Source: Lobosporangium transversale
Taxonomy: Eukaryota
Assembly (NCBI RefSeq): GCF_002105155.1
Contig: NW_019028994.1
Span: 434,001 to 498,000 of the forward strand
Direction: 5' to 3'
DNA length: 64,000 bases
Part shown: positions 1 to 14,944 of the stretch, in pieces
Layout of the letters: every line of letters begins with the position of its first letter
How positions within the stretch are numbered: position 1 is the first letter of the stretch
Translations under genes and position numbers: made by a program
The notes under the pieces: model-generated
What the model saw: only the letters and a program-made list of their open reading frames with translations
Told to the model about the DNA's origin: nothing
The model's database searches: none

Positions 1-702
1 CCAGTAGTAGCTGTTAACAAAGCGTTACCTTCGGTATATTATATCGCATTATATTCTAGTTCAACAGAAGCGGCTGAGGTACAGCCATCCTATCTCTCCG
101 CAACATGAGACGAGACTTCTCAGATAAATTATTCTTTCGTTGAGCGCTAATACCAGAACAAGCTATTTATATGCATTGGGCATAGACTACGAAGCAACAT
201 GGCGTGTATCTCAGTACTCAACTGAAGAAAGCAAGCTATTGCATGGTATAAAGGTGTGTAGGGCTATGCTTATGGTTTCTGCAATGTCATCCACTGATAC
301 ATTCTGTCAATATCCAGATATCATAGGTAAAATCTCAGATATTTTGGCCCTGAGATATCATGGGCGCTAGGCGCGTGCCAGAATTCTGAGCCAATGAACG
401 GTCCAAGCGTTGGAATCAGGAACAACCGCTAGCGAGTTTGTCAGAGCTCATATCCAATCAAGTTGCAAAGGCCTGTCACACACTTTACTCCATTACATTA
501 GCGCAAAATCAAGTGATGCTAACATATCCGGGCCGTTTTCTTACTAATAAAATCTTCACAAACCCCTGACTCTAATCCTGATCACAAAGGCAGGAACTGT
601 ACAACAAACCATGGCCCCTCTGAGTGAACTCAACATTAAGTTTTTATTTATTTATTTGAAAAAATATTTTTCTTTACAATAAGAAGAGTATATACATATG
701 TA

Positions 703-733
703 TAATATATATATATATACATATATATATATA
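703..733. repeat. (AT)n microsatellite, imperfect
   Basis: tatatatatatatatacatatatatatata run. Confidence 0.8.
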
Positions 734-1467
734 AATATGGTGGATCTGGGTACTATGGGGACGTGGGAAACCGATGGCAGCTCTCCCTCTTTGTAATCCA
801 ATCCCTGGCTCACGCGGTCATTATGCATGGATACTCCGAGGCCAATCAACTTGGCCTGCATTCCCACGTCATGGTGCAACCGTACGCTTAAAAGAATTTG
901 TTGTCCGAAATACAAAGTTCAGAATTTGTGCCCTGAATTCAAGATGTTTGTACTCTGCAAATGATGTGGGTTGGTGTGCATTGGTTCTCTCCTCCAATAA
1001 AACCAAACATTTTATGCGTTTTGTTGATGATAGGCTGGACAATGCCAATGCGGTTGTAAGATTAGTCATGGAATTGAGAAAGCTCCTTCGTTGGCAAGCA
1101 TACAACGCGTCCATTAAACAAAAAGTGTGTCTAGACCAGGGAAGGCAGATCGGAGCATTTGTGGGTTTGTTTGCATGCTAGCAAAGCACACTGAACCGTT
1201 TGTACGGCTGATTCTTGCTTTAATGCATGTATAGATTTAGATGGCCGGCTCTGTGTAGGATGCGGAAAATCTTTTAGGTAACTTTGATTGAAAAAACTAA
1301 TCTTCAGATGGTATTATGCTATCCGCTAATGGGTCATAATACTATAAAAACCAAGGTGGGCTATCCTTAACAACTCTTCTATCTTTTCTTCACGAGTCTC
1401 AACTCTCTTACCTTATCCTTCCTTCCTCCGCTTTTTTTTTTTTTAACAAACAAGCCCATTAGACACC

Positions 1468-2726
1468 ATGAAAATCACAACTACTCTCTTCTCTCTAGCA
1501 GCCGCAGCCGCAGTCATGTTGCCTTCCGCTGTTGTAGCTGCCAAGAATGCGACAATCAGTGTATTAAGCGACAATGTTTACTTCTTGAGCGAAACATTGT
1601 ACCCTAATTGGGGACAGAGTAAGTGGGGACAATGATCGTTTTGGTCACCTTATGCGACCTTATCGCCAGCTGACATTCATTTTTTTTTTTTTTTTTTTTT
1701 TTAGAAATTAGGGCAGATTTGATTGCAAAAGCGGACTATGTCAAGAATCACGATGTTGTTGTAATTCAAGAATGTTTCGCCAACAATGCTTGCGACGTCC
1801 TTCGTAGTGGCCTTAATTCTCAATGTAAGTGTGTTCTTTTTTACGCAAACTGGAAATATTTCTGTGTATCTCTTTTTATAAGACTAAACTTTTTTTTTTT
1901 TTTTTTTTTTTTTTAAACCGTTCTTCCCAGACCCATATCAAACCCCTACTCTTGGACGAAACAAAAATGGGTGGGATTCTACTTCAGGCGAATACTCTTG
2001 GGTCTATCCTGAGAACGGTGGTGTGGCCATCATGAGCAAATGGCCCATCAAGCAGAAGCATCAATTCATTTTCAGTCATGGCTGTGGATGGGATAAGTAA
2101 GGATCAAAAGAGGAAGTTCTGCTGTTATACTTTATTTTGCTCATCCCGTCTGGTATTCTGACATAAACAATTTTTATTTTTTCTCTGAAACTTTCAGATT
2201 ATCAAATAAGGGGTTTGTGTATGCTGTCCTTGATTACAAAGGGACAAATATCCATGTCTTTGGCACACACACACAAAGTGATGACAGTCAGTGTGGACAG
2301 GGCGAAGCAGCAAGTTACCGTGCCCAAGCCATGGATGCCTGGCGTCGCTTCATCGATTCCCGCAATATCCCCAAAAACGAGTTAGTGATCATGGCAGGTG
2401 ACTTCAACATTGATCGCGACACCAATGAGTTCAAGGATTTGTTGACACGGTTGGATGTGCACCAACCCACAACCTACAAGGGTCATGCTTGGACCTATGA
2501 CCCAAAGAACAATCAGATTGCACGTTACAATGATCCAAATCATCCTCAACAGTATCTTGATTATGTCTTTACGGACAAGAGGCATTTGGCTGTCAGATCT
2601 GCAATCCAAACATCGCTCAATATCCAATCTCCACAATATCATCTCCAAGGAGTAGCCTATAATGAGTATAGCGACCACTATCCTGTCATAACCGTCATTG
2701 AGGCAGATCTAGAAACTACACCATAA
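1468..2726 (+). CDS. Secreted neutral sphingomyelinase C (EEP/DNase I-like fold, bacterial SMase/beta-hemolysin type); exons 1468-1618, 1705-1824, 1931-2096, 2198-2726
   Basis: Signal peptide MKITTTLFSLAAAAAVMLPSAVVAA. The spliced frame gives NVYFLSETLYPNWGQ, RADLIAKADYVKNHDVVVIQE, ENGGVAIMSKWPI, GCGWDKLSNKGFVY, GTHTQS, AGDFN, LDYVF, YSDHYPV, the motif series of Bacillus/Staphylococcus SMase C. Three GT-AG introns restore the frame. Confidence 0.92.
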
Positions 2727-2996
2727 GCAATCCTCCTGCATACCAATAATATTAAACAGTTCTTTTCATCTTTTTAAACCATTTTTTATGCATTTTCTCT
2801 GTTCGGAGCATTGAGGGATTGGCAATAGGTCTTCATGTCTCAATTGCGATATTGAGTATTTTATTTCATTGTGGTTTGAGACATATTAAATTTGATGGCG
2901 CTATTTCACTTCATTCCGCTGCCATGCATCGATGAATATAATGGACGAAGAATAGGAGAACAAAAAGGGCAAAAATAAGGTGTCAATTATGAATGT

Positions 2997-5195
2997 CTAG
3001 TCGCGGCTGCCACTGCGAGAGCGTTCCCTGCGAGGAGCAGGGCTACCAGAGCGATCGCGGGAGGGTGTACGCTCTCTGACAGGGCTACGATCTCTTGGGG
3101 CAGGGCTGCGGTCACGGGGAGCGGGGCTACGCGAGCGACGACTACTACGGCCAGAGCGACGGTCTCTGCTACTGTCACGGCGGCGAGGGCTACGTGAACG
3201 AGAGCGACGGCGATCTCTGTCGCGACGATCTCTACTACGAGAACGGGAGTTGCGGCGGTAGCGGTCGTGACGGTCTCTACTGCGAGAGCGGGAGCGGCGG
3301 CGGTCTCGATCACGACCAAACTCACGGCCACGATCTCTGTCGCGTCCACCACGGCCCATGTCACGAGGGGCAGTGTCGCGTGAAGGATCGAACTAACGGT
3401 CGTGCAACATATTTTGGGTGATGTATAGAAGATTACGTTTAAAAAAAAAAAAAAAAAAAAAAAATAGTCCAAATGACAGCAGGTAAACTACATTGGAATT
3501 CAGCTTACCTCACGGAGAGAAACAGGGTTGCCTCTTAGGTCCTCGCCATTCAAGGTTTTGATGGCGTTTTGAACATCTTCTGCAGAAGAGAACTCGACAA
3601 CACTGTTTTAATTATGAAGATAGAAGCAAATAGGTTAGATACCTGGGCTAAAGCAGCAATCATATGGATATCAACTTTTCAAATTATAAAAAAAAAAAAA
3701 AGACTCACCCTTGGCTGTCATTATCCTTGCTAATATCAGCAAATGTGACTTCGCCGGCTCTACGCATCAAATCTTTGATATCCTGAGAAACCAAATACGG
3801 AAAAAGAGTTCATAGAGAGAAGGAGAAACGAAACAGGAGGGAGGGTTTAGGGTCCACAGAGCGGCATGAAAGATAAAGATAAATCGTGAACAAAGTTGGG
3901 ACCATTGATCGCATGCGCTCCGTCCTTGTGGATAGTAAAACGAAGAATCCCAGGCTGGCCAACAAACAGCTCTCCATTTTTTTTTTCCATATCGATCGCA
4001 TAGGCACATAGCATTAGGGCAGATGGCGGCAACAACTTGTCGACCTTTCTGGCACGTGAATGCATTTTTTTTTTCTTCCATTCTTTCTATTTTCTTTTCC
4101 TTTTAAGCATAAACCATCTGGAACCTTGGCTGAGGAGAATTGTTTTCATCCAAGGGAAAAAAAAAAAAAAGAAATCCAGGTATGCACGCACTTCTTGGAC
4201 CCAGTGTCAAGCAATTGGTCCCGAGAGGCGGGGCTAGCAAGCTAGCGAGCACGTCCAATGGTTCCAATCTGTCGGCCACAAAGTCCATGATTTGATAATC
4301 AAGTCCCGCAGCCACATCTGGTTAAGGTGTCTAAATAAATTGGGGAAGTCTACTCCATGTCTGACGAATATGTGTATGCATTTTTTTCTTTTTTTTAAGG
4401 CAGCAGAGGAGCTTGCTGAAAGGGGAAATAGGAATCACAGGTACGGAGGCATGGCCGCAAGATCAAGGCTCGCAATCAGATCCTACTATGGCCTCCGATG
4501 GTATAAAGAGAATGGGCCCGCAAACTTGAGGGATAAAAGTAGTTCGTACCTGCCAGCTGACACCATGGGCCAAATTTTCGACAATCAAGCGATGTTCGGT
4601 TCTCTCTGGGGGGCGGAATCTAATTCAAATCAATGTGATGGCGCAGAAATAGAAAAGAGAAAAGTTGAGCCAATCATTTCAAATCTGTAATCAGCAGACA
4701 ATTGCTCAAAATACATGACAAATACAGTAAGGAAACCCGTCACAGCATAGCAGATAAGCACAACATACCTGCGATCATCTCTATCATCACGACGATCCCG
4801 TCTGTCACCGCGAGCAAGCTCGACAACAAGTCTAAAAAGTGATCGTTTTTTTTTTTGTTTTTATCAGTGTACCAAATTTAAATCTGATTTACATTTATAC
4901 TAAATTCATCAAGAAACGAACTAGGATAGCAAGAATGTGGAAGAGTAACGAAAATACAATAATAACAATAATTAAAAAAAAGAAAAAAAAAAAAGACATA
5001 CCGCTCACCCATAAAATCCTTGCCATGAATGTCGTAGACAGCATCCTTAGCATCTCGAGGATCACTGAACTCAACAAAGCCGAATCCATTCTTGAGAGTA
5101 ACTTCTCGGAGTCTGCCGTAATTCTTAAACAGACTCTCTACATCACGATCAGATGCATCTCTGGAGAGATGACCAAGATATACACGAGTTCCCAT
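2997..5195 (-). CDS. SR splicing factor, SRSF4/5/6-like (2 RRMs + RS domain); exons 5195-5002, 4831-4769, 4619-4550, 3782-3709, 3602-3509, 3392-2997
   Basis: RRM1 (RVYLGHL...KNGFGFVEF), RRM2 with the SWQ/DIKD signature ([30 protein letters not shown]), C-terminal RS/RD repeats; GT-AG introns join in frame. Confidence 0.92.
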
Positions 5196-5583
5196 GATGC
5201 TGTTCTTTTTTTTCAGGTTGCTGATGAAGAGATGGGAAGACAAAGAAGAGAAAAACAAAAAGGAAAAAAGAGAAAAACGGGGACGAAAGGAACATGGCAC
5301 AATGGCCGCCTGAGTTACGTCATCGAAGTCACGAGACGTTCGACCCAATGATCTGCCTACTACCTGTTGCTCTTCATCTGTACACTTGTGTCAGTTCATT
5401 ACTTCATTCACTTTTACCATTTAACTTACTTCCCCTTAGGCGATCTTGTCCATAGCTTATCATCACCATTATAACTGCTATCGTCAAAACAACTCCATAA
5501 GCAATAAGATAACTTCTCATCACTCTTCTCCTATCATTCCTCTTATATTTTACTTCCTTAATACATAAGAATATATACACAAG
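5196..5583. promoter_or_regulatory. Probable bidirectional promoter between the SR gene and SRP54, with CRE-like TTACGTCA at 5315-5322
   Basis: Divergent ATGs at 5195 (-) and 5584 (+), 388 bp apart. Confidence 0.45.
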
Positions 5584-7861
<2,278 letters not shown>

Positions 7862-8281
7862 AGCAAAGTCATTTTCAGTCGTTTATACGTTTATAAGGAT
7901 TTTAGGGGACATGCATGAATAAATAATAAATCATACTAGTAAAGTAAACAGCCTTCGACTCTTGACCACTATTTATATGCTTTTGCAACTTTGCCCTCGG
8001 ACTTCAGCCCAGAAATTGCAAAACAATGAGGCATCGCCACAACATAAAAAAGCACGTCACGTGCCTATTTTTAGCCTTCTTTTTGTGGACTGGAACATCA
8101 TGCTTCTGCTCATCTCACCAACCAACCCAGCTCATTGCTACTCCAGCTCTCTTCAATCATTCTCTCTCTCCCTCTATCTTTATCTCTCTCTCTCTTTCTT
8201 TATCTCTCTTTTTTTTTTTTTTTTTTTTTTCCTACTATCCCATCATCTTTCTTAACTCATCTTCATAATTTCATATTAATC

Positions 8282-9355
8282 ATGTCATATAATAACAACA
8301 GTTACGGCCCAAATAGCAACGGAGGAGGTTATGGCGGCAACAGCTACGGTAACAATAATAGCTATGGTGGTAATAGCAACGGCAGTCCTGGCTCTTATGG
8401 AGGGTACGGAGCTGGGCAGAGGCCTGGCCAGTACGGTCAACAGCAACAGTATGGTGGTGGCCAGTATGGTGGTGGCCAGTATGGTCAAAACCAGGGCTAC
8501 GGCGGTAACCAGCCAGGCCAGTATGGCCAACAACAACAATATGGCGGGCAGTATGGCCAGAACCATTATGGTCAAAACCAATACGGCCAAAATCAATACT
8601 ATGGTGACCAGAATGGGCCAGCCCCTGAACAAGTAACTGCTGAGGATGTGGACAAAGTCGCACAGCAAATCCGTGATGTGCGTCAAGAGTCCGTCCAATC
8701 GACCCGAAATGCACTGCGTGCGCTTCAAGAAGCTGACGAGAGTGCTGGACGCACTATGAATCAGTTGTCCGAACAGTCTGAACAGCTGGGTCGCATCGAA
8801 CGCAACCTTGATTCTGCCCAAATCCATGCAGACAATGCACAACAAAAAGCTGGTGAGCTCAAGACTGTGAACCGGTCCATGTTCGCTATTCATATCAAGA
8901 ACCCATTCAATTCGACCAAGAAGAAGGAACGTGAGCTTGAAGAGGCTAAGCGTAAGGCTGCAGAAGAGATGGCGCAGCGTGAAGCGATCCGTAAAGAGGA
9001 ATATGAATCGAAGCAAAGAGTTAATGCTGCACGTGGCCAGGGACCTTACGCTAGCAATGGATATAACAGTAACTCGAACAGCTACAGTAATAATGGGCGT
9101 GGAGGTACTGGAGAGCAATCAATGTACTCGTTTGAGAACACTGCAGAGGATGATGCTGCAGAAGCCGAGATTAACCAAAACTTGGATATGATGGGTGGCT
9201 TCATGGACCGCCTCAAGAACAGCGCCATGGCCATGAATGTGGAGGTCAATCGGCAGAATGAGCGCATGGTTGGCGTCTCTAGGAAGACGGATGATGTTCA
9301 TGGCTCTGTTCAACACAACACACAGCTGTTACAAAAGATTGCTAAGCGTGGATAA
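8282..9355 (+). CDS. SEC9: Qbc t-SNARE, Sec9/SNAP-25 family, with G/Y/N/Q-rich N-terminus; single exon
   Basis: Two SNARE heptad regions (QESVQSTRNALRALQEA...QLSEQSEQLGRIE and EAEINQNLD...EVNRQNERM), the Sec9-typical NRSMFAIHIKNPF linker, and no transmembrane segment. Confidence 0.9.
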   Translation: MSYNNNSYGPNSNGGGYGGNSYGNNNSYGGNSNGSPGSYGGYGAGQRPGQYGQQQQYGGGQYGGGQYGQNQGYGGNQPGQYGQQQQYGGQYGQNHYGQNQYGQNQYYGDQNGPAPEQVTAEDVDKVAQQIRDVRQESVQSTRNALRALQEADESAGRTMNQLSEQSEQLGRIERNLDSAQIHADNAQQKAGELKTVNRSMFAIHIKNPFNSTKKKERELEEAKRKAAEEMAQREAIRKEEYESKQRVNAARGQGPYASNGYNSNSNSYSNNGRGGTGEQSMYSFENTAEDDAAEAEINQNLDMMGGFMDRLKNSAMAMNVEVNRQNERMVGVSRKTDDVHGSVQHNTQLLQKIAKRG

Positions 9356-11277
9356 GATACCGAAAAGAAAAAAGAAAAAAATCGTTTTGCAAAGCTGTAA
9401 TTCCTATGATAAAAAACGACGGGTTTTGTTTTCTGAAGATATAACACTTACTTTTATATACCTGTTTTTGAAATAAACATTAAAAAAAAAAGGTAACGAT
9501 GTGCCTGCAATGAGTCCTAGTTTGGCCTCTGTGGTATGGCTAGATGCATACAAAAATAAACTAATTCTGATAATGTACTTCATCCATAATGATTGCCATC
9601 CATGGCGATATTGATCCCAACTCGCCCAAAAAAATAAAAGCGTCAAATCGCGTTAAATCTTTGTGTAACGACGGAACGGAGGCAATAAATTATTTTTAAT
9701 AATAAAATATCATGAGCATTAAGACAAAGGAGAAGGTACAAGCGATCCAAAAGCTCATCCTTCACTAATTTTAAATTGATCTAATAATTTATTTCTTATT
9801 ATTTCTTTATTTGTTCCAGGTTCAGTGACAAAACGGGCTTCCGCATCCAAAAACGTCGTATCGCTTATTGCATCTGATTATCTAAAGGATAGCACTAAGA
9901 AGTAGCTTATTTTATGATGCGTTTCCCAATGATTTTTTGCCAGTGCACTAAAGTCTAGAATTTTTTTTTTTTTTTTTTTTTTTCACTGATCAACTTGATT
10001 AGTATGATGTGTGTCTGGTGTATCAGCGATGGGATGGCATGGCGTACTTAATATTCTGTATGCTGGAGTACCAGCCTAGAAATTACTTACAGTGAGAGTA
10101 TTCTGAGTGGTGGCGTATCACACTAAAAAAAAAAAAAAAAAAAAAAAAACTACACACAGTGCAAAATTTGCAAGTGAAATCTCTGTAAATTATAACATTT
10201 AAATGTGTGGATCGCGATTAAAATCAAGTAATCTAATAGGCAGGAGAAAAGGCATGAATTCGATAAGAGTACCTCTCTTTTATCCCCTTTATCAACTTGT
10301 ATGTTTGGCCTCTCAAGGTCTTGATATGATGAACTGGGTCATCGGGTTAACATTCATATTTGGCAACAACAATAACAATAATAATAAAAAAATGCACTGT
10401 ATGATACTCCTCCATTCAAGACATAGTAGGCTGTTACGCATGGGTACCGATTTGAAAAGGATGAAAATCTGGAATTTCTGTTGATCCTTGTCAACCAGAT
10501 AAGGATGTTAGAATACAATTTAGTAGCCCTCATTTGACAATAGATAATTGCTTCTATAAGGGAAATTTTATAAAACGGAGAAGGTGTCCAACGTGTCGAC
10601 GCCTCACATTGTTTCGGTTGTAAATTTTTTGAATACGAATTGTAGAATCCAATGACGGAGTATGACTTTGGCATGAGCTAAAGTTTGTCCTGTGTTACTG
10701 AACGTGGCGTGAAACCTGGCTCCTCATGACGCATTTTCATTTTATTATTAATTTCACAATAGGAGGGTACGGGTATGCTAAAAAAAAAAAAAAAAAAAAA
10801 ACCCTAAACACTCTGAATAGTTTGTAGTAACGCGCTTCAATCCAGTAGCAGAGATTTGTCAGGATTGCAACAGCTGCTCTCATAGGAAGGGAGGTTACAA
10901 AGTTTTCTCGACCTGAGAAGGATCAAATCATTTTAATAATTAGATCCGCATGGACTTGTGAAGAGTTCGCGTCAAGGATAGTAGGGTTTGTTCTCTATTC
11001 TGATGCCAAACAGAGTGTTGGAGAGTAGTGGACACTAGTTTTGGCATGGCACAGCTAAAGAGGAAAAGACACGTCCCTTTATTTTATTATATTTTATATC
11101 GGATGGATCATGAAAAAATATAGCAGGAAAAGATTGAGCATAACTCACCAGAAAGTTGATCGCATGCAACATGCCTAACTGTTACATCGCCTTCTGCTCC
11201 AGCGCATCATTGTTCGCTATTGACATTTGAATCAATTATTCATCATCACTCATCTTGACAACGAGCATCAACATACT

Positions 11278-11309
<32 letters not shown>

Positions 11310-12819
11310 GAAAAATTGTAATTCCACACCTTGGCCTCATTTCACGATCAGGTCATTTTGTTCTGGTCCATATTTTTTTTATTTGTTTTGTTATTATGCC
11401 TTTATCTGTATCCAGGGAATGCAGAGTTACTTGTAAACCATTCCTGATAGTCATATTCTTTGAGGCATTGGTTGACTTTATTTATTTTATTAATTAGATG
11501 TTTTATGAACTACAGCCACCAAGAATAACAATAAAAAAAATCTGTTAAAATCTGTGCCTTCATGGCTGTGTCATTGACATTCTTTGTACTCTTTCTTTTT
11601 TTTAAAAAAAAGCTGGAATATTCAGGACGTTCACTGTTTTCATTGACCTCAGTTGCCAGTCCTGCTTTTCTTTGCTTCCAACTCTTATCCCTTGTTCAAG
11701 ATCGCTGTATTGTCCTGTTTATCAGTCTTAATAGCCGACATCAGCACCTGTGCTCTTTTCCTGGAAACAGCAACAGACTGAAGCTGGGGCCATCTAGTCT
11801 CAGCTAGACACGACTGTCGAAGACACAGACCTTTTTTTTTTTATCCAACTGGGTTTTTTTTTTTTTTTTTTTTTTTTTTTGAATGCCCTGCTTGTCTGGC
11901 AGTCTGACATACATATTGAATAAAAATAAAATAACATCTAAAATTCTTTCCCCCAAAACCTGTATCATTTTCAACTCCACCCTCCACTGCCCCTCCTGCT
12001 CCTTTATACTCTTTCTTTACTGCCCTCGCTATTCAACTGGCATACAAAGGTATTGTTCAGTCCCACTGTTGACCCACTTTTGTCTTTCTGGCAGAGACGA
12101 TTGCGATTTCGAATAATAAAGTAAGACAGAAAAGACGTCCAACTGATTCTTAGTCGGAATCAACGTTTGACATCACTTTTTATTTCGAATCACTAAAAAA
12201 AAAAAGATCAACTAACTTTGAGTACCATCAATAACAACCCATATCACAACATTGTAATAACAATAGCAGCAAAGGGCAACAACGTCAACAATAACAACCT
12301 CTTTGCAACGATTCTTTGCCTATCTGCTTCTAACTGGGCATTGCCATCATCTATCCGCCACCACGTGCCTTGAAATATCGTTCCCTTACTTCATTTCCTC
12401 GCAATCAAAGATACATCGGTACGGTCAGCTCACCTCTTTATCCCTTCTTCATCGAAGCAACGTAATCCCTCGGATTCGAGTCTCCTTTCGTCACTTTCTG
12501 TCGACCCTGGATTGGCATACCATTATCTTGGCAACATCCAGAAGCACGCAACTGAATTTCGCCTCTTGAGAAAAACAAAACTTGTATCTGTCATCGAACT
12601 GTGGCGTCCAGAGTGTGTAAAAAAATACACACACATACACACACACACACGCAATACTCTTTCATTAGGAAGTATTTCCAATCGGCGGTTTAACTGACAG
12701 CTCAACCAGAGAAGTACAACTGCGGTGCACCTAGTTTCGCATTAACAGTGTATTCAAGGAGATTTCACGATCACCTACGACGCTGATCAGAACGGAGGCG
12801 ATCAAATTTAAAACAAACC

Positions 12820-14909
12820 ATGCCACTGTATCCGAAATTGCCGCCCACGTCTTCATCTGGCGCATCAAATTCTTCAAATTCTACCACACCTAGACAGCAG
12901 TCTAGCTCATGGTCGGGCATACGACCGGTCGCAGATAATACTCCTGCAGTTCCAATGGTCATGCCACGAGTCAGCCGTTTACCCGTATCTCCGGGTGTCC
13001 CCACAAATATTCGATTCTTGTCATCCACAAGTGGTCAATCAAGCACGTCTGAATCAGGTACAGAGCCAAGAGCGATCATTCTTTGTTTCGCAAAGGCATA
13101 AGAATATTTATATTTAAATTCTCATCTAATATTCAAAGCAAAGTAACCGCAACCCTCCTCCACAAAATTTCACATTGACTAACAATGCTTTTGCGTTCAG
13201 GCAAAACAACTTCTTCTAAAGACTCGACTGGTCTCAAGATCCGAATCCCTAGAGATCTTCCCAATCTCCCTGATGCATTCCGAACAAAAGGAAACCTACG
13301 GCCAGTGCCTCCGCCATCACGGTCTTCACGCAAACCAGCAACATCGCCTACTATTGGTCGTTCACGTTCCATTGCAAGTGAACCATTATTTCAAACAAAG
13401 TTAATGTTTCAGAGCCGTGGCGGATCTGTCGATAATAGCAAGCGGACTCATACAGATATGATTACTGAAGACTCAAAAGGCTTGAAAAGTTACATGATGC
13501 TCGGTATGTCAGTTCTGTCTTCCTATATATATGTATACCTTGCTTTTTGTAAAGTGCAGAGATCGTTTTCTGTCCATTTAAAATTTTTGATAGAGTTTTT
13601 AATACATCCCCATAATTTGCTCCGCATCGTTATCCTGCGCCTCTAGAACCAAAGGGAAGTCTCAACAAAAAGTTCAAGCCAGTAAAGTCGGAGTCGATGA
13701 CACCGGGTGTAGCTAAAGTAAACCCGAGTGGCTCTGTATCTCGACCTTTTACTACTCAAGCATCCAAGCCGTTGCCTGTTCCCAGCTCCATTCCAAGAGC
13801 GACACCTATAATTCCTCAAAATCCACCAGTAGAGACTCCAATTTCATCATCATCCGTCAATACTACGTCTATCGGCCTTAATCTCAAACATACAGCAGAG
13901 AAATCCACGCCTACTGGTCCACCAGCTAAGCGACCCCGTGGTACGAATGGATCTCGAGCTGGATCACCTATACCAGTGTCGGTACGAGCAATACTCCCAA
14001 AGCCGAACTCCCCTGCCAGCAGAGTTGCTGTTGATGATGAGAATGCAATGAAAGTGTCAAGACCGGCACCTATGGACGTAGAACGTCCATCCGAGCCGAT
14101 CGTTGCTATCGATAGCACTAGTACCCTTGGTGCCGGCCCAGGAACTGTAGAGCCAACTAAGACTTCATCAGAAACCACCGCTCTAGATACTCTTAATCCA
14201 GAGCCCCTCAGCGTTAATACAGTCACTGCCTCTAATTATCTGCATGACCCCAATATTCCATCGAACGCAATGATTGAAGACGCGGCTAAACAAGCTAGCA
14301 CGCACTCTGACCCGGGTGTAGCAAGTGTTTCTACTCCAGATCCAATGATAACGGTCTCCGAGTCTGGTAAAGGGATACGGTCGACTGATCTCGGAACAAC
14401 TGACATTGCAGCCAAGGGTCTCAGTCCACGCAGAGAGGAAAGCACATCAACCTCAATTGTACCTGAAACCATACCCAGTTCAACGGAACCCATCCTGACA
14501 AGTCTTGAGTTTTTGCGCCTAGGCACTACAGTCTTGAATCGAATTTTGAGCAACCCTGTTTGCCACTATTTTATCAACAAAGTGCCCCTCGTCATGACAA
14601 AATACCACGCAGTTATCAAAAAGCCTGTGGACCTGAGCCTGATTGAATGCAAACTTTGGCGAACTGTCTTAAAAGTCCCAGCTGTGTCCGAAGGCGAGAT
14701 GCCATCCACACTACGCGCTGCCAGGAGCTATGTTGGTGACGATGTATTGGAAGAAGGATACTCAGGTTACAAAGACTTTGAGGATGACCTGAAGCAAATA
14801 TATCAGAATGCAGTCGTTTTTAATCCTCCGCATAGCACAGTCTACAAGGAGGCACAGGCATTCCAGGAGCTCTTTGTTACCGTGCTTCAAGCAATTCGTG
14901 ACAAGTAGG

Positions 14910-14944
<35 letters not shown>

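Noticed and set aside
140..1181. Short overlapping ORFs (140-370, 652-915, 774-1181, 869-1114)
   Set aside because: No recognisable motifs or consistent exon structure; may be degraded sequence but cannot be assigned.
2987..3472. Alternative-frame and antisense ORFs over the RS domain
   Set aside because: By-products of the repetitive, GC-rich RS coding sequence.
8135..8281. N-terminal extension of the Sec9 ORF
   Set aside because: Non-ATG start running through CT and poly-T tracts; the real start is the ATG at 8282.
9400..12800. Long intergenic region with small ORFs and a (CA)n run near 12627-12650
   Set aside because: AT-rich with homopolymer-derived ORFs; no coding or RNA-gene signal I can support.
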